Assembly: GCA_050246755.1 (NCBI GenBank)
Contig: JBFWVL010000002.1
Coordinates: 272,544-336,543 of the forward strand
From: Bacteriovoracia bacterium
GTDB taxonomy: Bacteria > Bdellovibrionota > UBA1018 > CAIPTA01
Length of the DNA: 64,000 bases
Direction: 5' to 3'
Shown here: piece by piece, positions 8,598 to 19,941 of the stretch
How the letters are laid out: every line of letters begins with the position of its first letter
Position numbering within the stretch: the first letter of the stretch is position 1
Notes under the pieces: generated by a model
Told to the model about the DNA's origin: nothing
The model's database searches: none
The model's input: only the letters and a program-made list of their open reading frames with translations
Made by a program: the position numbers and the translations under genes

Positions 8598-11534
8598 CTA
8601 AAGATCCCGTAAAAACTGCAAGATCTCATCCTGAGTAAGATCCGCCGTGCCGCCGGCGCCCGAGATCACGCCCTCCGATAAAGCGCGTTTTCTCTTCTGC
8701 ATCTGCAGGATCTTGTCTTCCACCGTATCCCGCGCCACTAAGCGATGAATGAATACGGGATTCTCTTGCCCGATGCGGTGAGCGCGGTCGGCGGCTTGGT
8801 CTTCGGCCGCGGGATTCCACCAGGGGTCCAAGATATAAATATGATCGGCCGCCGTGAGGGTGATTCCCACGCCACCGGCTTTCAAAGAGAGCAGCATCAC
8901 GGGCGGGCCGTCTTCCTTTTGGTAGGCGCTTACCACCTGATCGCGGTTCCGGGTGGAGCCATCGAGGCGGGAGAAGCGGATATTTTTCTCGTTCAGGCGC
9001 GTTTCCGTTAAATCCAGCAGGGAGGTCCACTGCGAGAACACGAGCGCGCGGTGTCCGAGATCGAGCGATTCTTCCAGGGATTCCATCAATAAGTTCAGCT
9101 TCGCAGATCCATAAGCAGCATCCAGGCCGGAACCGGGAACCAGGGAAGGGTGGCAGCAAGCCTGGCGCAAACGGAGCAGCATTTCCAAAGCCGCGAACAC
9201 GGAGCCGCCGGCCCCCACTTTTTCTAAAACGTCTTTGCGGGAAGAGGCGAGCACGGCGCGGTAGAGGGTCTGCTCTTCTTCCGAAAGGTCGCAGTGGAGC
9301 ACCACTTCGGTGCGGGCCGGGAGCTCGGGCGCCACTTCGGTTTTCTTCCGGCGCAGCAAAAACGGGCGGATGCGGTGGCGCAGTTTTTCCAGCTTGCGCG
9401 GATTCCCCGAGCGCATGGCGTCGCCGAAACGTTCCAAGAACTCGGAGCGTTTCCAAAGCAATCCCGGATTCAAAAATTGGAACTGGCTCCAGAGATCGTC
9501 GAGGCGATTTTCGATCGGGGTGCCGGAAAGCGCGATGCGGAAACCGCCGCGGAGCCGGTGGGCGGCCTTCGCGATCTGGCTATCGGGGTTTTTGATCACC
9601 TGCGTTTCGTCGAGGATCACGGTATCCCATTCGGTGGCGGCGAGCTTTTCCTGATCGATACGCAGGATGCCGTAGCTGGTGAGGGTGATCCCGTCCCCCA
9701 AAGTGCGGTTGGCGCCGTGGTAGAGATTCACATTGAGCTTGGAGCGGAATTGCTGGATCTGGTCCACCCAGGATTGCAAAACGGAAGTAGGGCACACGAT
9801 GAGGGTGCGGCCCTCGATGCAGCAAATGCTCTGCAGGGTTTTACCTAAGCCCATATCGTCGGCGAGCATGGCGCCTAGGCCCGCGTTTTTCAAAAAATAC
9901 AGCCAGTCCACGCCCTTGCGCTGGTACACGCGGAGATCCGCGCGCAAATCGGAGGGCATGGTGGCCTTGGGGATGCCTTCGGTGCCCATCAGGCGGGAGC
10001 AGAGGGCCTGGATGCGTTCCGGAACGTCGATGCCTTCGTCTTCGCAGAGCATTGCGAGGTCGGGGATAAAATGTTTGGGTAATTTATTCTGGCCGGGCAC
10101 GCGGGCGGAAAGAATGGCTTCCACGCGGTCGGAATATTTCAGCAGCCAGTCGTGGGGCAGGGCCGCCCAGCCACCGCCTTCAAGGGGAACGAAGCTCTGG
10201 TTCTCACGCCAGGCGGCCAAAACTTTTTCCGGATTCACCACGCCGGCGGAATCGGGCAGCTGGAAATCGAGGTTGATGCTTTCTTCTTCCCAGGAAACGG
10301 AAGGAGCTAGTTCTCCCTGAACGGTGAAGGCGGAGAGGCCGTTGCCGCTGCATTCCCAGTCTTTCAATTTCGAAACGAGGAGCAGGGCGCTTTGGTCTTC
10401 GAACACGCTCTGCCGGCCCACTTGGAGCTGGAGTTCCTGGTGGAGTTTTTTGCGCAAAGCTTCTTCGGCCTCCAAGTCTCGCTCGGGTAGGTGGTCTTCG
10501 TGGAGCGGCATGAGCTTGGCGCCGATCACTTCGGCGATGGGGGGCTTTCCGTACACGAGCGAAGGGTACACGGAGAGCTTGCGCGCGTTTTCTGCTTGGC
10601 AATGCAGGATGATCCGCGCCTCGTGCTTGGAAAGCTTCGGCAAGCGTTTGGTTTCGATGTGAATCACGAGCTTGGCTTCGAAGGGCGGCAGTACCTCGGA
10701 AGCAAATTTGTGGAGCTCGTCGGGCGAGTAGGTGCGGAAAGCTTCGCGTTCTTTGCTGGTAAGAGCGGGCTCGCGCACGGCCTTCAATTTATTCCCGCAG
10801 AGGGCGGCGCCGTTCTTGAATAATTGCGACACGGAGGAATCCGCGTGCCACTCAAGCCGCACTCCCTTGCCATCGTCCACCACGCGGGCCTGGGGGCTCA
10901 CGGTTTGGGCGGAAATCTCCACCGGCTCATCGCCGTAGAGTACGCGGCCGCAGCGCTGGAGGGCCGCCATGAGGCGGGTGAGGGTATAGCGATCTAGGGG
11001 GTTTTGGTAAGAACCGCCGAGCACGTGGTCCACGGCAAAATCTTCTTTTCCCGCCACCGGCGTGGTGCCGGAAAGCCGCCCGCTCTGGAGGCCGCCGATT
11101 ATTGAAACTAAACTCTGGTTATGGAGCCGCTCGGATTTTTTTCCCTTTACGAGATAGCGATCGAAGTAGAGGTAGCCGGCTTGCGCAAAAAATCGGTATT
11201 CGAGCTGGGCCGTACCGCCGCCCTTGAGCGCCTGCACTTCGGGCTTGGTGGTTTTATCGTCGCGGTAGGCGAGGAAGGCAGCCACGATATGATTGCAGGG
11301 ATCGTTGCGGTCTCCGCAGTCGCAGTGCCAATCTTCTTCTTCTGGCCACAGCGTGATTTTCGGCGATACGGGCGGCTTATGGTAGCGAAGCAAAATTTCC
11401 GTGGGAGTTTCGCTCTCGAGATAAAACGTTCCGTCTTTGGCCAAAGAAACACCCTTCGACCAGACGCCCGGTAAGGCGGCTTCTTGCAGCGAAAGTTGGA
11501 GAGGCGAGAGGTTTGGTTTTGGCATAACGGACAA
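8598..11534 (-). CDS. SNF2-family helicase with N-terminal SWIM zinc finger
   Basis: 978 aa. SWIM CxCx(n)CxH is read as CDCGDRNDPCNH. SNF2_N motifs are DDMGLGKT and DETQVIKN, and helicase-C motif is QAADRAHRIGQ. Confidence 0.9.
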   Translation of the reverse strand: MSVMPKPNLSPLQLSLQEAALPGVWSKGVSLAKDGTFYLESETPTEILLRYHKPPVSPKITLWPEEEDWHCDCGDRNDPCNHIVAAFLAYRDDKTTKPEVQALKGGGTAQLEYRFFAQAGYLYFDRYLVKGKKSERLHNQSLVSIIGGLQSGRLSGTTPVAGKEDFAVDHVLGGSYQNPLDRYTLTRLMAALQRCGRVLYGDEPVEISAQTVSPQARVVDDGKGVRLEWHADSSVSQLFKNGAALCGNKLKAVREPALTSKEREAFRTYSPDELHKFASEVLPPFEAKLVIHIETKRLPKLSKHEARIILHCQAENARKLSVYPSLVYGKPPIAEVIGAKLMPLHEDHLPERDLEAEEALRKKLHQELQLQVGRQSVFEDQSALLLVSKLKDWECSGNGLSAFTVQGELAPSVSWEEESINLDFQLPDSAGVVNPEKVLAAWRENQSFVPLEGGGWAALPHDWLLKYSDRVEAILSARVPGQNKLPKHFIPDLAMLCEDEGIDVPERIQALCSRLMGTEGIPKATMPSDLRADLRVYQRKGVDWLYFLKNAGLGAMLADDMGLGKTLQSICCIEGRTLIVCPTSVLQSWVDQIQQFRSKLNVNLYHGANRTLGDGITLTSYGILRIDQEKLAATEWDTVILDETQVIKNPDSQIAKAAHRLRGGFRIALSGTPIENRLDDLWSQFQFLNPGLLWKRSEFLERFGDAMRSGNPRKLEKLRHRIRPFLLRRKKTEVAPELPARTEVVLHCDLSEEEQTLYRAVLASSRKDVLEKVGAGGSVFAALEMLLRLRQACCHPSLVPGSGLDAAYGSAKLNLLMESLEESLDLGHRALVFSQWTSLLDLTETRLNEKNIRFSRLDGSTRNRDQVVSAYQKEDGPPVMLLSLKAGGVGITLTAADHIYILDPWWNPAAEDQAADRAHRIGQENPVFIHRLVARDTVEDKILQMQKRKRALSEGVISGAGGTADLTQDEILQFLRDL

Positions 11535-11646
11535 TAGAGCCTACCACGCATTGGCTATTCACGGGGGCGGAATCTAGGGGTGGCGAAAAACAGCTAGGAG
11601 GTTTCGAAAAACATAGCCCATTGACGCGCTGCTTTTTAGATCGATT

Positions 11647-12087
11647 CTAAGCGGGAAAAGCCGATTCTCCCTCGTGCACCTTCACTCCGTTCACGTGGAT
11701 CCGATACCGGATAGGGCAAGCCTTCGCGATCATCGCGCTCACTCCGCAATACTTCGACTGCGATAGGTGAACCGCTTCGATGGCCTTGGCGCTTTCAATA
11801 TTGCCGTCGAGAAAAAAATCCAGCATCACGAACGCGAACACGGCGGGATACCCTTCGGTGACCGGCGCATCGGCTTCCACGCGGAACATCTTCACGTCTT
11901 GCTTGTATTTTTTGAGCAAGCCCACCACGTCCATGCCGGTGCACCCGCAGATCGAAGCTAGACAGAGCTGCTTGGGGCTGAGCGCGCGCCCGTCGCCGAT
12001 GGGGGCCTGGGTGTCCATGGTCACGGAGTTATTTCCGTCCGTGGAGACGAACGTCATCTTGTTTTGCCAATTCATGGATAGTTTCAT
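11647..12087 (-). CDS. OsmC/Ohr family protein
   Basis: 146 aa with the paired-Cys pattern (ASICGCTGMDV ... KYCGVS) typical of the OsmC family. Confidence 0.8.
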   Translation of the reverse strand: MKLSMNWQNKMTFVSTDGNNSVTMDTQAPIGDGRALSPKQLCLASICGCTGMDVVGLLKKYKQDVKMFRVEADAPVTEGYPAVFAFVMLDFFLDGNIESAKAIEAVHLSQSKYCGVSAMIAKACPIRYRIHVNGVKVHEGESAFPA

Positions 12088-12148
12088 TCTCCGACCTTAC
12101 TTTTCTTTCCGCGCTTTTGCCAGCATACTGGGGGATAAGGTGGTTCCG

Positions 12149-12748
12149 ATGAGCGAAGAAATGGGACAAGTTAGAAATGAAAATACCTGGGCCATGCTTT
12201 GCCACCTGGTGGCGCTGCTGGGATTTTTTACCTCCTCCATGCCGCTGGTCGGCCTCGTGGTTCCGATCGGCGCCATTCTCTTCGTGTGGGTCCTGAAGAA
12301 GGATTCCGACGCGGAGGTGAATGAGCATGGGCGCCAGTCCCTAAACTGGCAGGCCACCGTGTTCGCGGTGCTCCTGATCACGGTGGTTCCGGTGATGACG
12401 TACCAGTATTGGAAGGGACGAAATTTCGCCAATAGCCTCGAGACGATCTCGGTGAAAATAAAAGCAGCCAAGACCGATCCTGAGCGCGAGGCCTTGATGG
12501 ATGAACGAGACAAAATCGGCAGGGTAATGGAAGCCGACATAGCGAAGAGCCCGATGAGCAATCCGCCCATTCTGGCTTCCGCGGTGGTGGCGTTTCTCGT
12601 GGGCGTGAGCAATATCGTGTTCGTGATCTGGAATAGTATCCGGGCGTTTCGCGGGAAGGCGGCGAACTATCCCTTCACTATTCCGCTATTGGCCACGCGG
12701 CATCGCCGCGGGCTGATCCGCGCGGCCGTTAAACCACCACTAAGTTAA
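12149..12748 (+). CDS. DUF4870-like membrane protein
   Basis: [18 protein letters not shown]...[11 protein letters not shown] resembles the DUF4870 N-terminal module. I use the ATG at 12149, because the ORF-track extension from 11780 is antisense to osmC. Confidence 0.6.
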   Translation: MSEEMGQVRNENTWAMLCHLVALLGFFTSSMPLVGLVVPIGAILFVWVLKKDSDAEVNEHGRQSLNWQATVFAVLLITVVPVMTYQYWKGRNFANSLETISVKIKAAKTDPEREALMDERDKIGRVMEADIAKSPMSNPPILASAVVAFLVGVSNIVFVIWNSIRAFRGKAANYPFTIPLLATRHRRGLIRAAVKPPLS

Positions 12749-15515
12749 CCAGCTTTTTCGGCACGTAGATCTTCTTCTTGATCTCTTTGCCTTCAACATG
12801 CTTTTTCACTTCGGCGCAGTCCAGTGCGAGGGCGAGCACTTCTTCCTGGGTGGCCGAGGCCGGGCAGTCGAATTGGTCGCGGAGCTTGCCGTTGATCTGC
12901 ACCACGATCTTCATGGAATCGGCCACGAGCAGGGCGGGATTGGCTTTCGGCCAAGGCGCGCGGGTGATCGATTCTTTATGGCCAAGCTTGGCCCACATCT
13001 CTTCGGCAAGGTGGGGCGCGAAAGGGGAGAGCAGCTTGAGGAAGGTCTCGAGCAGTTCTTTGTTCTGTACTTTCGCCGCGCCGAATTCGTTCACGCAAAT
13101 CATGAATTGGGATACGCAGGTATTGAAGTTCAGCGTTTCAATTCCCTGGGTGATTTTGGCGATCGTCTGGTGGAGCAAGCGCTGGCTGGCTTCCGGAACG
13201 GGCGCTTCGCTGAACACGAGCTCGTCGGTTTCGGAGTGGGTCCAGCGCCAGAATTTTTGCAGGAAGCGCGATACGCCCTCGATCCCGCTCGTGTTCCAGG
13301 GCTTGAATTGCTCGAGCGGTCCAAGGAACATTTCGAACAGGCGTAGCGTGTCGGCGCCGTATTCGTCGCAGATCACATCGGGATTTACCACGTTGAAAAA
13401 ACTTTTAGACATTTTCTCCACCGCGAATCCGCAGCGGTAGATTTCTTTTCCGTCCACGCTTTCGCAAATGAATTTCGCGTCTTGGTATTCCGGGCGCCAG
13501 GCGCGGAAGCCTTCTTGGTCTAAGATATCGTGGTGCACGAGCGCTACGTCCACGTGCAGTTCCGTACACTCGTATTGCTTGCGTAAACCGTGGCTCACGA
13601 AGGTTTTGGGATCGGATTTCAGGCGGTACACGAAGTTCGAGCGCCCCTGGATCAGCCCTTGGTTCACTAACTTGCGAAAGGGCTCGTCGATCTTGCAGGT
13701 GCCGATATCGTGGAGGAACTTGCACCAGAAGCGGGAGTAAATTAAGTGCCCGGTGGCGTGCTCGGATCCGCCCAAATAGAGATCCACTTCGCCCCAATAG
13801 TCGGCTTTTTTGGGATCCACGAGCGCGGAATCATTCTTAGGATCCATATAGCGGAGGTAGTAGGCGGAGGAGCCCGCAAATCCCGGCATCGTAGAGAGCT
13901 CAAGGGGATCTCCCCCTTTGGTTTTCCAATTCTTCGCGCGGCCGAGAGGGGGTTCTCCCGTTTCGGTGGGAAGAAACTTATCTACTTCCGGAAGCTCCAC
14001 GGGGAGCTCACTCACGGGCAGCACGTGGGGGATTCCATTCTTATAGTAGACGGGGAAGGGCTCGCCCCAGTAGCGCTGGCGGGAGAAGATGGCGTCGCGG
14101 AGGCGGAAATTCGTCTTAGGGATCCCGATTCGGCGTTTCTCTACTTCGTCGATGGCTTTCTTGATCGCCGCCGGAACTTCGAGCCCGTTCAGGAAATCGG
14201 CGTTCACTAATTTGCCTTCTTTGCCGTCGAAGGCTTCTTCCTGCACGTCTTTACCGCCCGAAACTACTTCCACGATGGGTAGGCCGAAGTGCTTTGCGAA
14301 GGCGTGGTCGCGGGTATCGTGGGCCGGCACCGCCATGATGGCGCCGGTGCCGTAGCCGCCGAGCACGTAGTCGGCCACCCAGATGGGAATTTTTTTCTGC
14401 GTAAAGGGATGGATCGCGTAGGAGCCGGTGAATACCCCGCTCACTTTTTTCACGTCGGCGAGGCGCTCGCGCTCGGTTTTCTTTTTGCACTCTTCGAGGT
14501 AGGCCTCCACTTTCGCTTTCTCGGAGGGAGCGCTCAGCTTCTGGGCCCAATCACTTTCGGGGGCGAGCACCATGAAGGTAACGCCGAAGATCGTGTCGGG
14601 ACGGGTGGTGAAGATACGGAATTTTTCGCTATGTCCATCGAGGGCGAAGTCCACTTCGGCGCCCACGGATTTTCCGATCCAGTTACGCTGCATGTCCTTG
14701 ATGGCTTCAGGCCAATCGAGCTTCTCCAGGCCCTGGAGCAAGCGATCGGCGTAGGCCGAAATGCGGAGGCTCCACTGCTGCATGATCTTTTGTTCCACAG
14801 GGTGCCCGCCCCGCACCGATACTCCGTCTTTCACTTCGTCGTTGGCCAGCACCGTGCCGAGCGCCGGGCACCAGTTCACCGGTAAATCGGCGAGGTAGGC
14901 GATGCGGTATTGCTGGAGGATTTCTTCTTTGGATTTCTCGTCGAGGCGCTTCCACTCGTCGGCGGCGAATTGGCGCACTTCCGCGGTGGTGGCCGCGTGG
15001 ATATTTACGTTCCCTTGGGTAGAGAAGCGATGCGCGAGCTCGGCGATCGGCAGCGCCTTATCGGCGGAGAGATCGTAGTAGTGCGAAAACATTTCCGCGA
15101 AGGCCCATTGGGTCCACTTATAGAATTTCGGATCGGCGGTGGAGACTTCTCTTTCCCAATCGAAGGAAAGGCCGATGCGATCGAGCTGGGCGCGGTAGGT
15201 TTTGATATTTTTTTCCGTCGTCACGGCCGGGTGCTGGCCAGTTTGGATCGCGTACTGCTCGGCGGGAAGGCCGAATGCGTCGTAGCCCATGGGATGGAGC
15301 ACGTTGAAGCCCTGGTGGCGTTTGTAGCGCGACAAGATATCGGAGGCGATATAGCCGAGCGGATGGCCCACGTGGAGTCCGGCGCCCGAAGGGTAGGGGA
15401 ACATATCGAGCACGTAGTATTTTGGCTTCGTGCTGTTCTCTTCAGTTTTAAAAGATTTGTGCTGCGCCCAATAGGCTTGCCACTTTTTTTCGATTTCTTG
15501 CGGATGGTACGGCAT
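12729..15515 (-). CDS. leuS: Leucine--tRNA ligase
   Basis: N-terminus [20 protein letters not shown]-type motif [12 protein letters not shown] and KMSKS motif are present. I chose the ATG at 15515 over the ORF-track start at 15599. Confidence 0.97.
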   Translation of the reverse strand: MPYHPQEIEKKWQAYWAQHKSFKTEENSTKPKYYVLDMFPYPSGAGLHVGHPLGYIASDILSRYKRHQGFNVLHPMGYDAFGLPAEQYAIQTGQHPAVTTEKNIKTYRAQLDRIGLSFDWEREVSTADPKFYKWTQWAFAEMFSHYYDLSADKALPIAELAHRFSTQGNVNIHAATTAEVRQFAADEWKRLDEKSKEEILQQYRIAYLADLPVNWCPALGTVLANDEVKDGVSVRGGHPVEQKIMQQWSLRISAYADRLLQGLEKLDWPEAIKDMQRNWIGKSVGAEVDFALDGHSEKFRIFTTRPDTIFGVTFMVLAPESDWAQKLSAPSEKAKVEAYLEECKKKTERERLADVKKVSGVFTGSYAIHPFTQKKIPIWVADYVLGGYGTGAIMAVPAHDTRDHAFAKHFGLPIVEVVSGGKDVQEEAFDGKEGKLVNADFLNGLEVPAAIKKAIDEVEKRRIGIPKTNFRLRDAIFSRQRYWGEPFPVYYKNGIPHVLPVSELPVELPEVDKFLPTETGEPPLGRAKNWKTKGGDPLELSTMPGFAGSSAYYLRYMDPKNDSALVDPKKADYWGEVDLYLGGSEHATGHLIYSRFWCKFLHDIGTCKIDEPFRKLVNQGLIQGRSNFVYRLKSDPKTFVSHGLRKQYECTELHVDVALVHHDILDQEGFRAWRPEYQDAKFICESVDGKEIYRCGFAVEKMSKSFFNVVNPDVICDEYGADTLRLFEMFLGPLEQFKPWNTSGIEGVSRFLQKFWRWTHSETDELVFSEAPVPEASQRLLHQTIAKITQGIETLNFNTCVSQFMICVNEFGAAKVQNKELLETFLKLLSPFAPHLAEEMWAKLGHKESITRAPWPKANPALLVADSMKIVVQINGKLRDQFDCPASATQEEVLALALDCAEVKKHVEGKEIKKKIYVPKKLVNLVVV

Positions 15516-15579
15516 GGGCAAGAGCGTAGCATTTTTGTTGTGGCGTGGCGACGGGGGAAAGCATGTTATGGTGTGCGTT

Positions 15580-16347
15580 ATGGGTGCCTTGATCGACACA
15601 ATTCCGGCCGGCGCGAGAATCCTCGATGCGCGTTTTCGTCTCGCCGATCCTTCGGCCGGGAAAAAACTCTACCTCGAGGGCCATATCCCCGGCGCCTATT
15701 TCGTGGACCTCGAAACCCAGATGACCGGGAGAAAGACCGGCCGCAATGGGCGTCATCCTTTTCCCGACCGCAAGGTTTTCGCCGATATGCTCGGTAAACA
15801 GCTCGGGATCGGCGCCGAGACGTCCGTAGTAATCTACGACGATGCGGATTATGCCGGCGCGGCCCGCCTCTGGATGATGCTGCGCTGGGTGGGGCACGAG
15901 AAGGTTTGGGTTTTGAATGGTGGGCTTAAGGGATATGCGGGCGAGCTGGCGAAAGGGGAAGAGCCCCATCCCCCGCTGGCGCGTTTTTTGGCGCGGAAAT
16001 CTTTGGTGGAGAATTTCACCTGGAACGAGCTAGGCGGAAAATTGCTCGTGGATGCGCGCGCCCCGGAGCGCTTTCGCGGAGAAGTGGAGCCGATCGATTC
16101 CGTGGGTGGGCATATTCCCGGCGCGCGGAATTTCTTTTATCAAAATTTGTTGCACGAAGGCCGCTTAGATCCTTCGCGTTTGCCGACGTTTGAGGGAAAG
16201 CCCACTTTCTATTGCGGCTCGGGCGTGACCGCTTCGGTTTTATTATTGGCGGCCGCGGAGCGGGGGATGGAGGCTTCGTTGTACGCCGGATCCTGGAGTG
16301 AGTGGTGCGTGGTGCGGCCGCAGGATATCGCGAAGGGTGAAAAATAA
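15580..16347 (+). CDS. sseA: Tandem-rhodanese sulfurtransferase (thiosulfate/3-mercaptopyruvate type)
   Basis: Two rhodanese modules ([17 protein letters not shown]) and the active-site loop YCGSGVTA. The start is uncertain: 15580, 15568 or 15514. Confidence 0.85.
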   Translation: MGALIDTIPAGARILDARFRLADPSAGKKLYLEGHIPGAYFVDLETQMTGRKTGRNGRHPFPDRKVFADMLGKQLGIGAETSVVIYDDADYAGAARLWMMLRWVGHEKVWVLNGGLKGYAGELAKGEEPHPPLARFLARKSLVENFTWNELGGKLLVDARAPERFRGEVEPIDSVGGHIPGARNFFYQNLLHEGRLDPSRLPTFEGKPTFYCGSGVTASVLLLAAAERGMEASLYAGSWSEWCVVRPQDIAKGEK

Positions 16348-16414
16348 CGCAGCGCTTGGCTAGCGCCGAAGAAGCGTTGCAGCATTTCTACGCCCGCAAA
16401 AGACCCAAGAGTTC

Positions 16415-16443
16415 TTGACTCTTTCGCCGTGTTTTCGTACGAA
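16415..16443 (+). promoter_or_regulatory. Candidate sigma-70-type promoter upstream of hppA
   Basis: TTGACT-N17-TACGAA read directly, about 50 nt upstream of the hppA ATG. The -10 element is weak. Confidence 0.3.
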
Positions 16444-16494
16444 TTAATTCGTCTTTCAACTTCAACCATTTGCACCGCTTCCCTGAGGTAACCC

Positions 16495-18555
16495 ATGCAA
16501 GAAAGCTTGCTGTATCTTCCCTTGATCACCGGACCCATCGCGCTCGTTGTGGCGATTGCTCTCTATATCCGCATCAAATCGCTTCCGGATGGAAACGAAA
16601 CGATGAACCGCATCGGGAAATATATCCGGGAAGGATCGATGGCGTTCCTCACCCGCGAGTATAAAGTTCTCGCCGTCTATTCCCTGGTGGTGATGGCCCT
16701 CCTCGGCTATGCGCTCGGCCCCATCGCCGCCGCTTGCTTCTTCGCCGGCGCCTTCCTTTCGCTTCTGGCCGGTTTCTGCGGAATGAAAGCCGCCACCTAC
16801 GCGAACGTGCGCACGGCGCAGGCTGCCCGCGAAGGCTCGAAGCCGAATGCCCTCCTCACGGCCCTCGATGGCGGGGCGGTGATGGGCTTGGCGGTGGCTG
16901 GCTTAGGCCTCGTCGGCCTCGGCGGCCTCTATCTCTTGTTCCGCGGTCAACCGGTGGTGGGCACCGCGCTCCACTCCTTCGCCGTGGGCGCTTCCTCGAT
17001 CGCGCTCTTCGCGCGTATCGGTGGCGGTATCTATACGAAGGCCGCCGACGTAGGCTCCGATATCGCCGGTAAGGTGATCGAGAATATTCCGGAAGATGAC
17101 CCACGTAACCCCGGCGTAGTGGCCGATAACGTGGGCGATAACGTGGGCGACGTGGCCGGTATGGGCGCCGACATCTACGAATCCATGGTGGCCGCGATTG
17201 TTTCCGCGATGGCGATTGCCCTCACGGTTCCCGTGGAAGGCTTAGCTAAGCTTGTGTCGGTAGATATGGGCCCCGAGACCACGCGCTGGCTCGGCGTGAT
17301 GCTGCCGCTCTTGCTCTCTTCACTCGGTCTCGTGATTTCTCTGCTCGTGATTTTTATCGCGCGCCTATTGAAAAACGGAAACCCCGCTTCGGTATTGCGT
17401 AACTGCTTGATTATTCCGCCCATTCTGCTCACGATCGTTTCTTTCGTGATCATGCCAATGCTCGGTATGTCGCAATCGGTAACCATCGCCCTCGCAGCCG
17501 GTGCATTCGGCGGCGCGATCATCGGCCTCGTGACCGAGTACTATACCGCTTCCACGCCGATCCGTAAGATCGCCGAAGCTTGCGTCACTGGCGCGGGCAC
17601 GGGCGTGATCCGCGGTTTGGCCGTAGGGATGGAATCCATCGTGATCCCGATGGCCGTAGTAGCGATTGCCGCCGGTGTGGCGAACGAATACTTGGGCCTC
17701 TACGGAATCGCCATCGCCGCCGTGGGAATGCTCGCGGGCACCGCGATCGTGATGACGGTAGACGCCTACGGACCCATCGCCGACAATGCCGGCGGTATTT
17801 CCGAAATGAGCGGACTCGGCAAAGAAGTGCGCGACATCACCGACGAGCTCGACGCCGTAGGAAATACGACGGCGGCGATTGGAAAAGGTTTCGCGATCGG
17901 TTCCGCGATCCTCACCGTGCTGGCGCTTTTCTCGGCGTACAATATGGAGATCAACCACGTGCGTGAGCTTGCAGGGAAAGAAAAACTCTTACTCGAGCTT
18001 ACAGACGCAAAAGTTTTGATCGGTATCATCATCGGTTCCGTGCTTCCCTTCATCGTGGGTGCTACCACCATGACGGCCGTGGGCCGCGCCGCCGGTGCGA
18101 TCGTGGAAGAAATTGGTCGCCAATTCCGCGAAATCCCGGGCCTCCGGGAAGGTAAAGCTGATCCCCAACCCGGGAAGATCGTGGATATCGCTACCGTTGC
18201 TGCGCTGAAGGAAATGATTTTCCCTGGCACCGTAGCGATCTTCGCGCCGATCGTGGTGGGATTTCTGATGGGTCCTGCGGCCCTTGCCGGAACTCTCGCG
18301 GGCTCGCTCGCCGTGGGCGCCACGCTTTCGCTCTTCATGGCGAACGCGGGCGGCGCCTGGGACAATGGTAAAAAATACATTGAGAAGGGCAAATTGCCTG
18401 GCCACAAAAAAGGCTCTGACGCGCACAAAGCCGCCGTGGTGGGTGATACCGTTGGGGATCCATTCAAGGATACTTCGGGACCAGGTATTTCCATCTTGAT
18501 TAAAGTGATGGGAGTTGTATCGTTGCTCCTGGCACCGTTGATCGCGCTGTTTTAG
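16495..18555 (+). CDS. hppA: Membrane-bound proton/sodium-translocating pyrophosphatase
   Basis: 686 aa and polytopic, with [18 protein letters not shown] and [20 protein letters not shown] motifs. Confidence 0.97.
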   Translation: MQESLLYLPLITGPIALVVAIALYIRIKSLPDGNETMNRIGKYIREGSMAFLTREYKVLAVYSLVVMALLGYALGPIAAACFFAGAFLSLLAGFCGMKAATYANVRTAQAAREGSKPNALLTALDGGAVMGLAVAGLGLVGLGGLYLLFRGQPVVGTALHSFAVGASSIALFARIGGGIYTKAADVGSDIAGKVIENIPEDDPRNPGVVADNVGDNVGDVAGMGADIYESMVAAIVSAMAIALTVPVEGLAKLVSVDMGPETTRWLGVMLPLLLSSLGLVISLLVIFIARLLKNGNPASVLRNCLIIPPILLTIVSFVIMPMLGMSQSVTIALAAGAFGGAIIGLVTEYYTASTPIRKIAEACVTGAGTGVIRGLAVGMESIVIPMAVVAIAAGVANEYLGLYGIAIAAVGMLAGTAIVMTVDAYGPIADNAGGISEMSGLGKEVRDITDELDAVGNTTAAIGKGFAIGSAILTVLALFSAYNMEINHVRELAGKEKLLLELTDAKVLIGIIIGSVLPFIVGATTMTAVGRAAGAIVEEIGRQFREIPGLREGKADPQPGKIVDIATVAALKEMIFPGTVAIFAPIVVGFLMGPAALAGTLAGSLAVGATLSLFMANAGGAWDNGKKYIEKGKLPGHKKGSDAHKAAVVGDTVGDPFKDTSGPGISILIKVMGVVSLLLAPLIALF

Positions 18556-18597
18556 TCCTTAGCGAAAGTCCGGTGCTTCACCTGTAGGAGGGGAATC

Positions 18598-19941
18598 ATG
18601 CGGACTTTTCTATTTGTACTTTTACTTTCCACGAATGCCTTCGCGGCGGATCTTCCGTTTAAAGACGGAGATTTCGGCTGCTTCGATCGCGCCAAGGCCG
18701 ATCGCTACGTTTCCGATTATCATATCGACGTAGCCAGCTTCGGCGGGCTCGAGCTTTGCGACGGCGCGAAAGAATCCAAGAAACTTTTTAACGATCTTCA
18801 CTTGATCGAGAACGCCCAGTTCGTGGCCGGTCGTGATCACGCCTTCATCAAAGGCTACGTGGACCGCGCCAACTACTATAACTGGATGAAGAGCCAGACC
18901 CGCTCGGTAAACCGCGGCCACGATATTCCTTACGCCACGGCCTATAACTCCTGGGGTAATTTCACCATGCAGGACGGCTGGACCACTTTGTCCACGCTCG
19001 GCCGCGTGGGCACGATCATCCACGAAGCCCGCCATACGGCCGGTTACCCTCACTACCGCTGCACCTTTGGCCCTTACGCGAACTCCAGCGTATCGGGCTG
19101 CGATACTTCCTACGCACAGGGCGGATCCCACGGTGTGGAGATGGAATACTACGCGCGCGTGGTGCTTGAGTCCCAGAACCTGCATCCCGTGTATAAAAGC
19201 ATGGCACGCTTGATGGCGATGGGCCGCTCGAATTTCGTTTTCAACTTGCAGCCGATGAAGAAACGCGAAGCGCTGATGGGCCTTGCCGGCAACCGGCTCG
19301 TGCTCGTGGATTCCAATGAGCTCATGGAACGTCCCGTGCCGGTGGCGGCCGCAGGTTCGCGCTTGAAGCGCACTTCCTTCGGCGCCAGCCTCGTGAAGGG
19401 CCAGGAGAGCGTGGCGATTGATCTGTATAATAAAGACGATCTCGGCTTCTCCGCCAAAGACGATTATTCCTACTACAAGCTTTTCTCCACTCCCCGCGAC
19501 AACGCTCCCACCAGCGTGCTCGATACCGAGGAGTTCGACGTGGGCAGTATGCGTTACTTCACCGTGCTGGATCAGCAGGGAAAAATCTCCAGCTACGATT
19601 TCCCCAATGGGAATTGGTTCGTGGCCACGGCACCCCAGGCTTCGGCCCGCGCGCTCGTGACCCGCGCTCCCAACGGCCAGAGCGGCCTCTTCGTGGTGAA
19701 GGCAGACGGAACCATTCTTCCCTTTGATCCCACGAACCGCAGCTTCGGCGCTCCGCTCAGCGATCGCTGGAGAGCGGATACCGCCGCCTACGCCATGCTC
19801 GGCAACAATCTCGTTCGCTTAACGAGCGAAGGCACGATGGTGAGCGCGGCTTCCGGCGCGCCCATCGATGCGTTCTCGCAGTATCATTTCACCGACCTCG
19901 TGAACGTACCCGTCTATGACGCTTTCGAAGTGGCTCGTTAG
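18598..19941 (+). CDS. Hypothetical secreted protein with HExxH motif (putative zinc metallopeptidase)
   Basis: Signal peptide MRTFLFVLLLSTNAFA. HEARH lies at 19021-19035 within TIIHEARHTAGYPH. No family recognised. Confidence 0.7.
   Translation: MRTFLFVLLLSTNAFAADLPFKDGDFGCFDRAKADRYVSDYHIDVASFGGLELCDGAKESKKLFNDLHLIENAQFVAGRDHAFIKGYVDRANYYNWMKSQTRSVNRGHDIPYATAYNSWGNFTMQDGWTTLSTLGRVGTIIHEARHTAGYPHYRCTFGPYANSSVSGCDTSYAQGGSHGVEMEYYARVVLESQNLHPVYKSMARLMAMGRSNFVFNLQPMKKREALMGLAGNRLVLVDSNELMERPVPVAAAGSRLKRTSFGASLVKGQESVAIDLYNKDDLGFSAKDDYSYYKLFSTPRDNAPTSVLDTEEFDVGSMRYFTVLDQQGKISSYDFPNGNWFVATAPQASARALVTRAPNGQSGLFVVKADGTILPFDPTNRSFGAPLSDRWRADTAAYAMLGNNLVRLTSEGTMVSAASGAPIDAFSQYHFTDLVNVPVYDAFEVAR

Noticed and set aside
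8626-9456. 276-aa Arg/Pro/Gly-rich ORF (and several similar ones up to 11562) inside the SNF2 gene
   Set aside because: These are alternative frames of a gene with complete SNF2 and helicase-C motifs. They have low-complexity composition and no independent support.
11780-12148. Long N-terminal extension of the DUF4870-like ORF (322-aa version). Similar extensions occur for leuS (15516-15599), the OMP (26999-27040), slyD (33024-33107), UbiB (43869-43961), the GT (49900-49950) and rocD (60598-60732).
   Set aside because: The extensions overlap neighbouring genes or intergenic promoters and lack homology-like sequence. Internal ATGs with SD motifs give N-termini that match the family consensus.
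17125-17148. Tandem 12-nt DNA repeat GATAACGTGGGC x2
   Set aside because: It encodes the conserved DNVGDNVGD motif of H+-pyrophosphatases. It is a protein-level conserved duplication, not a regulatory or mobile repeat.
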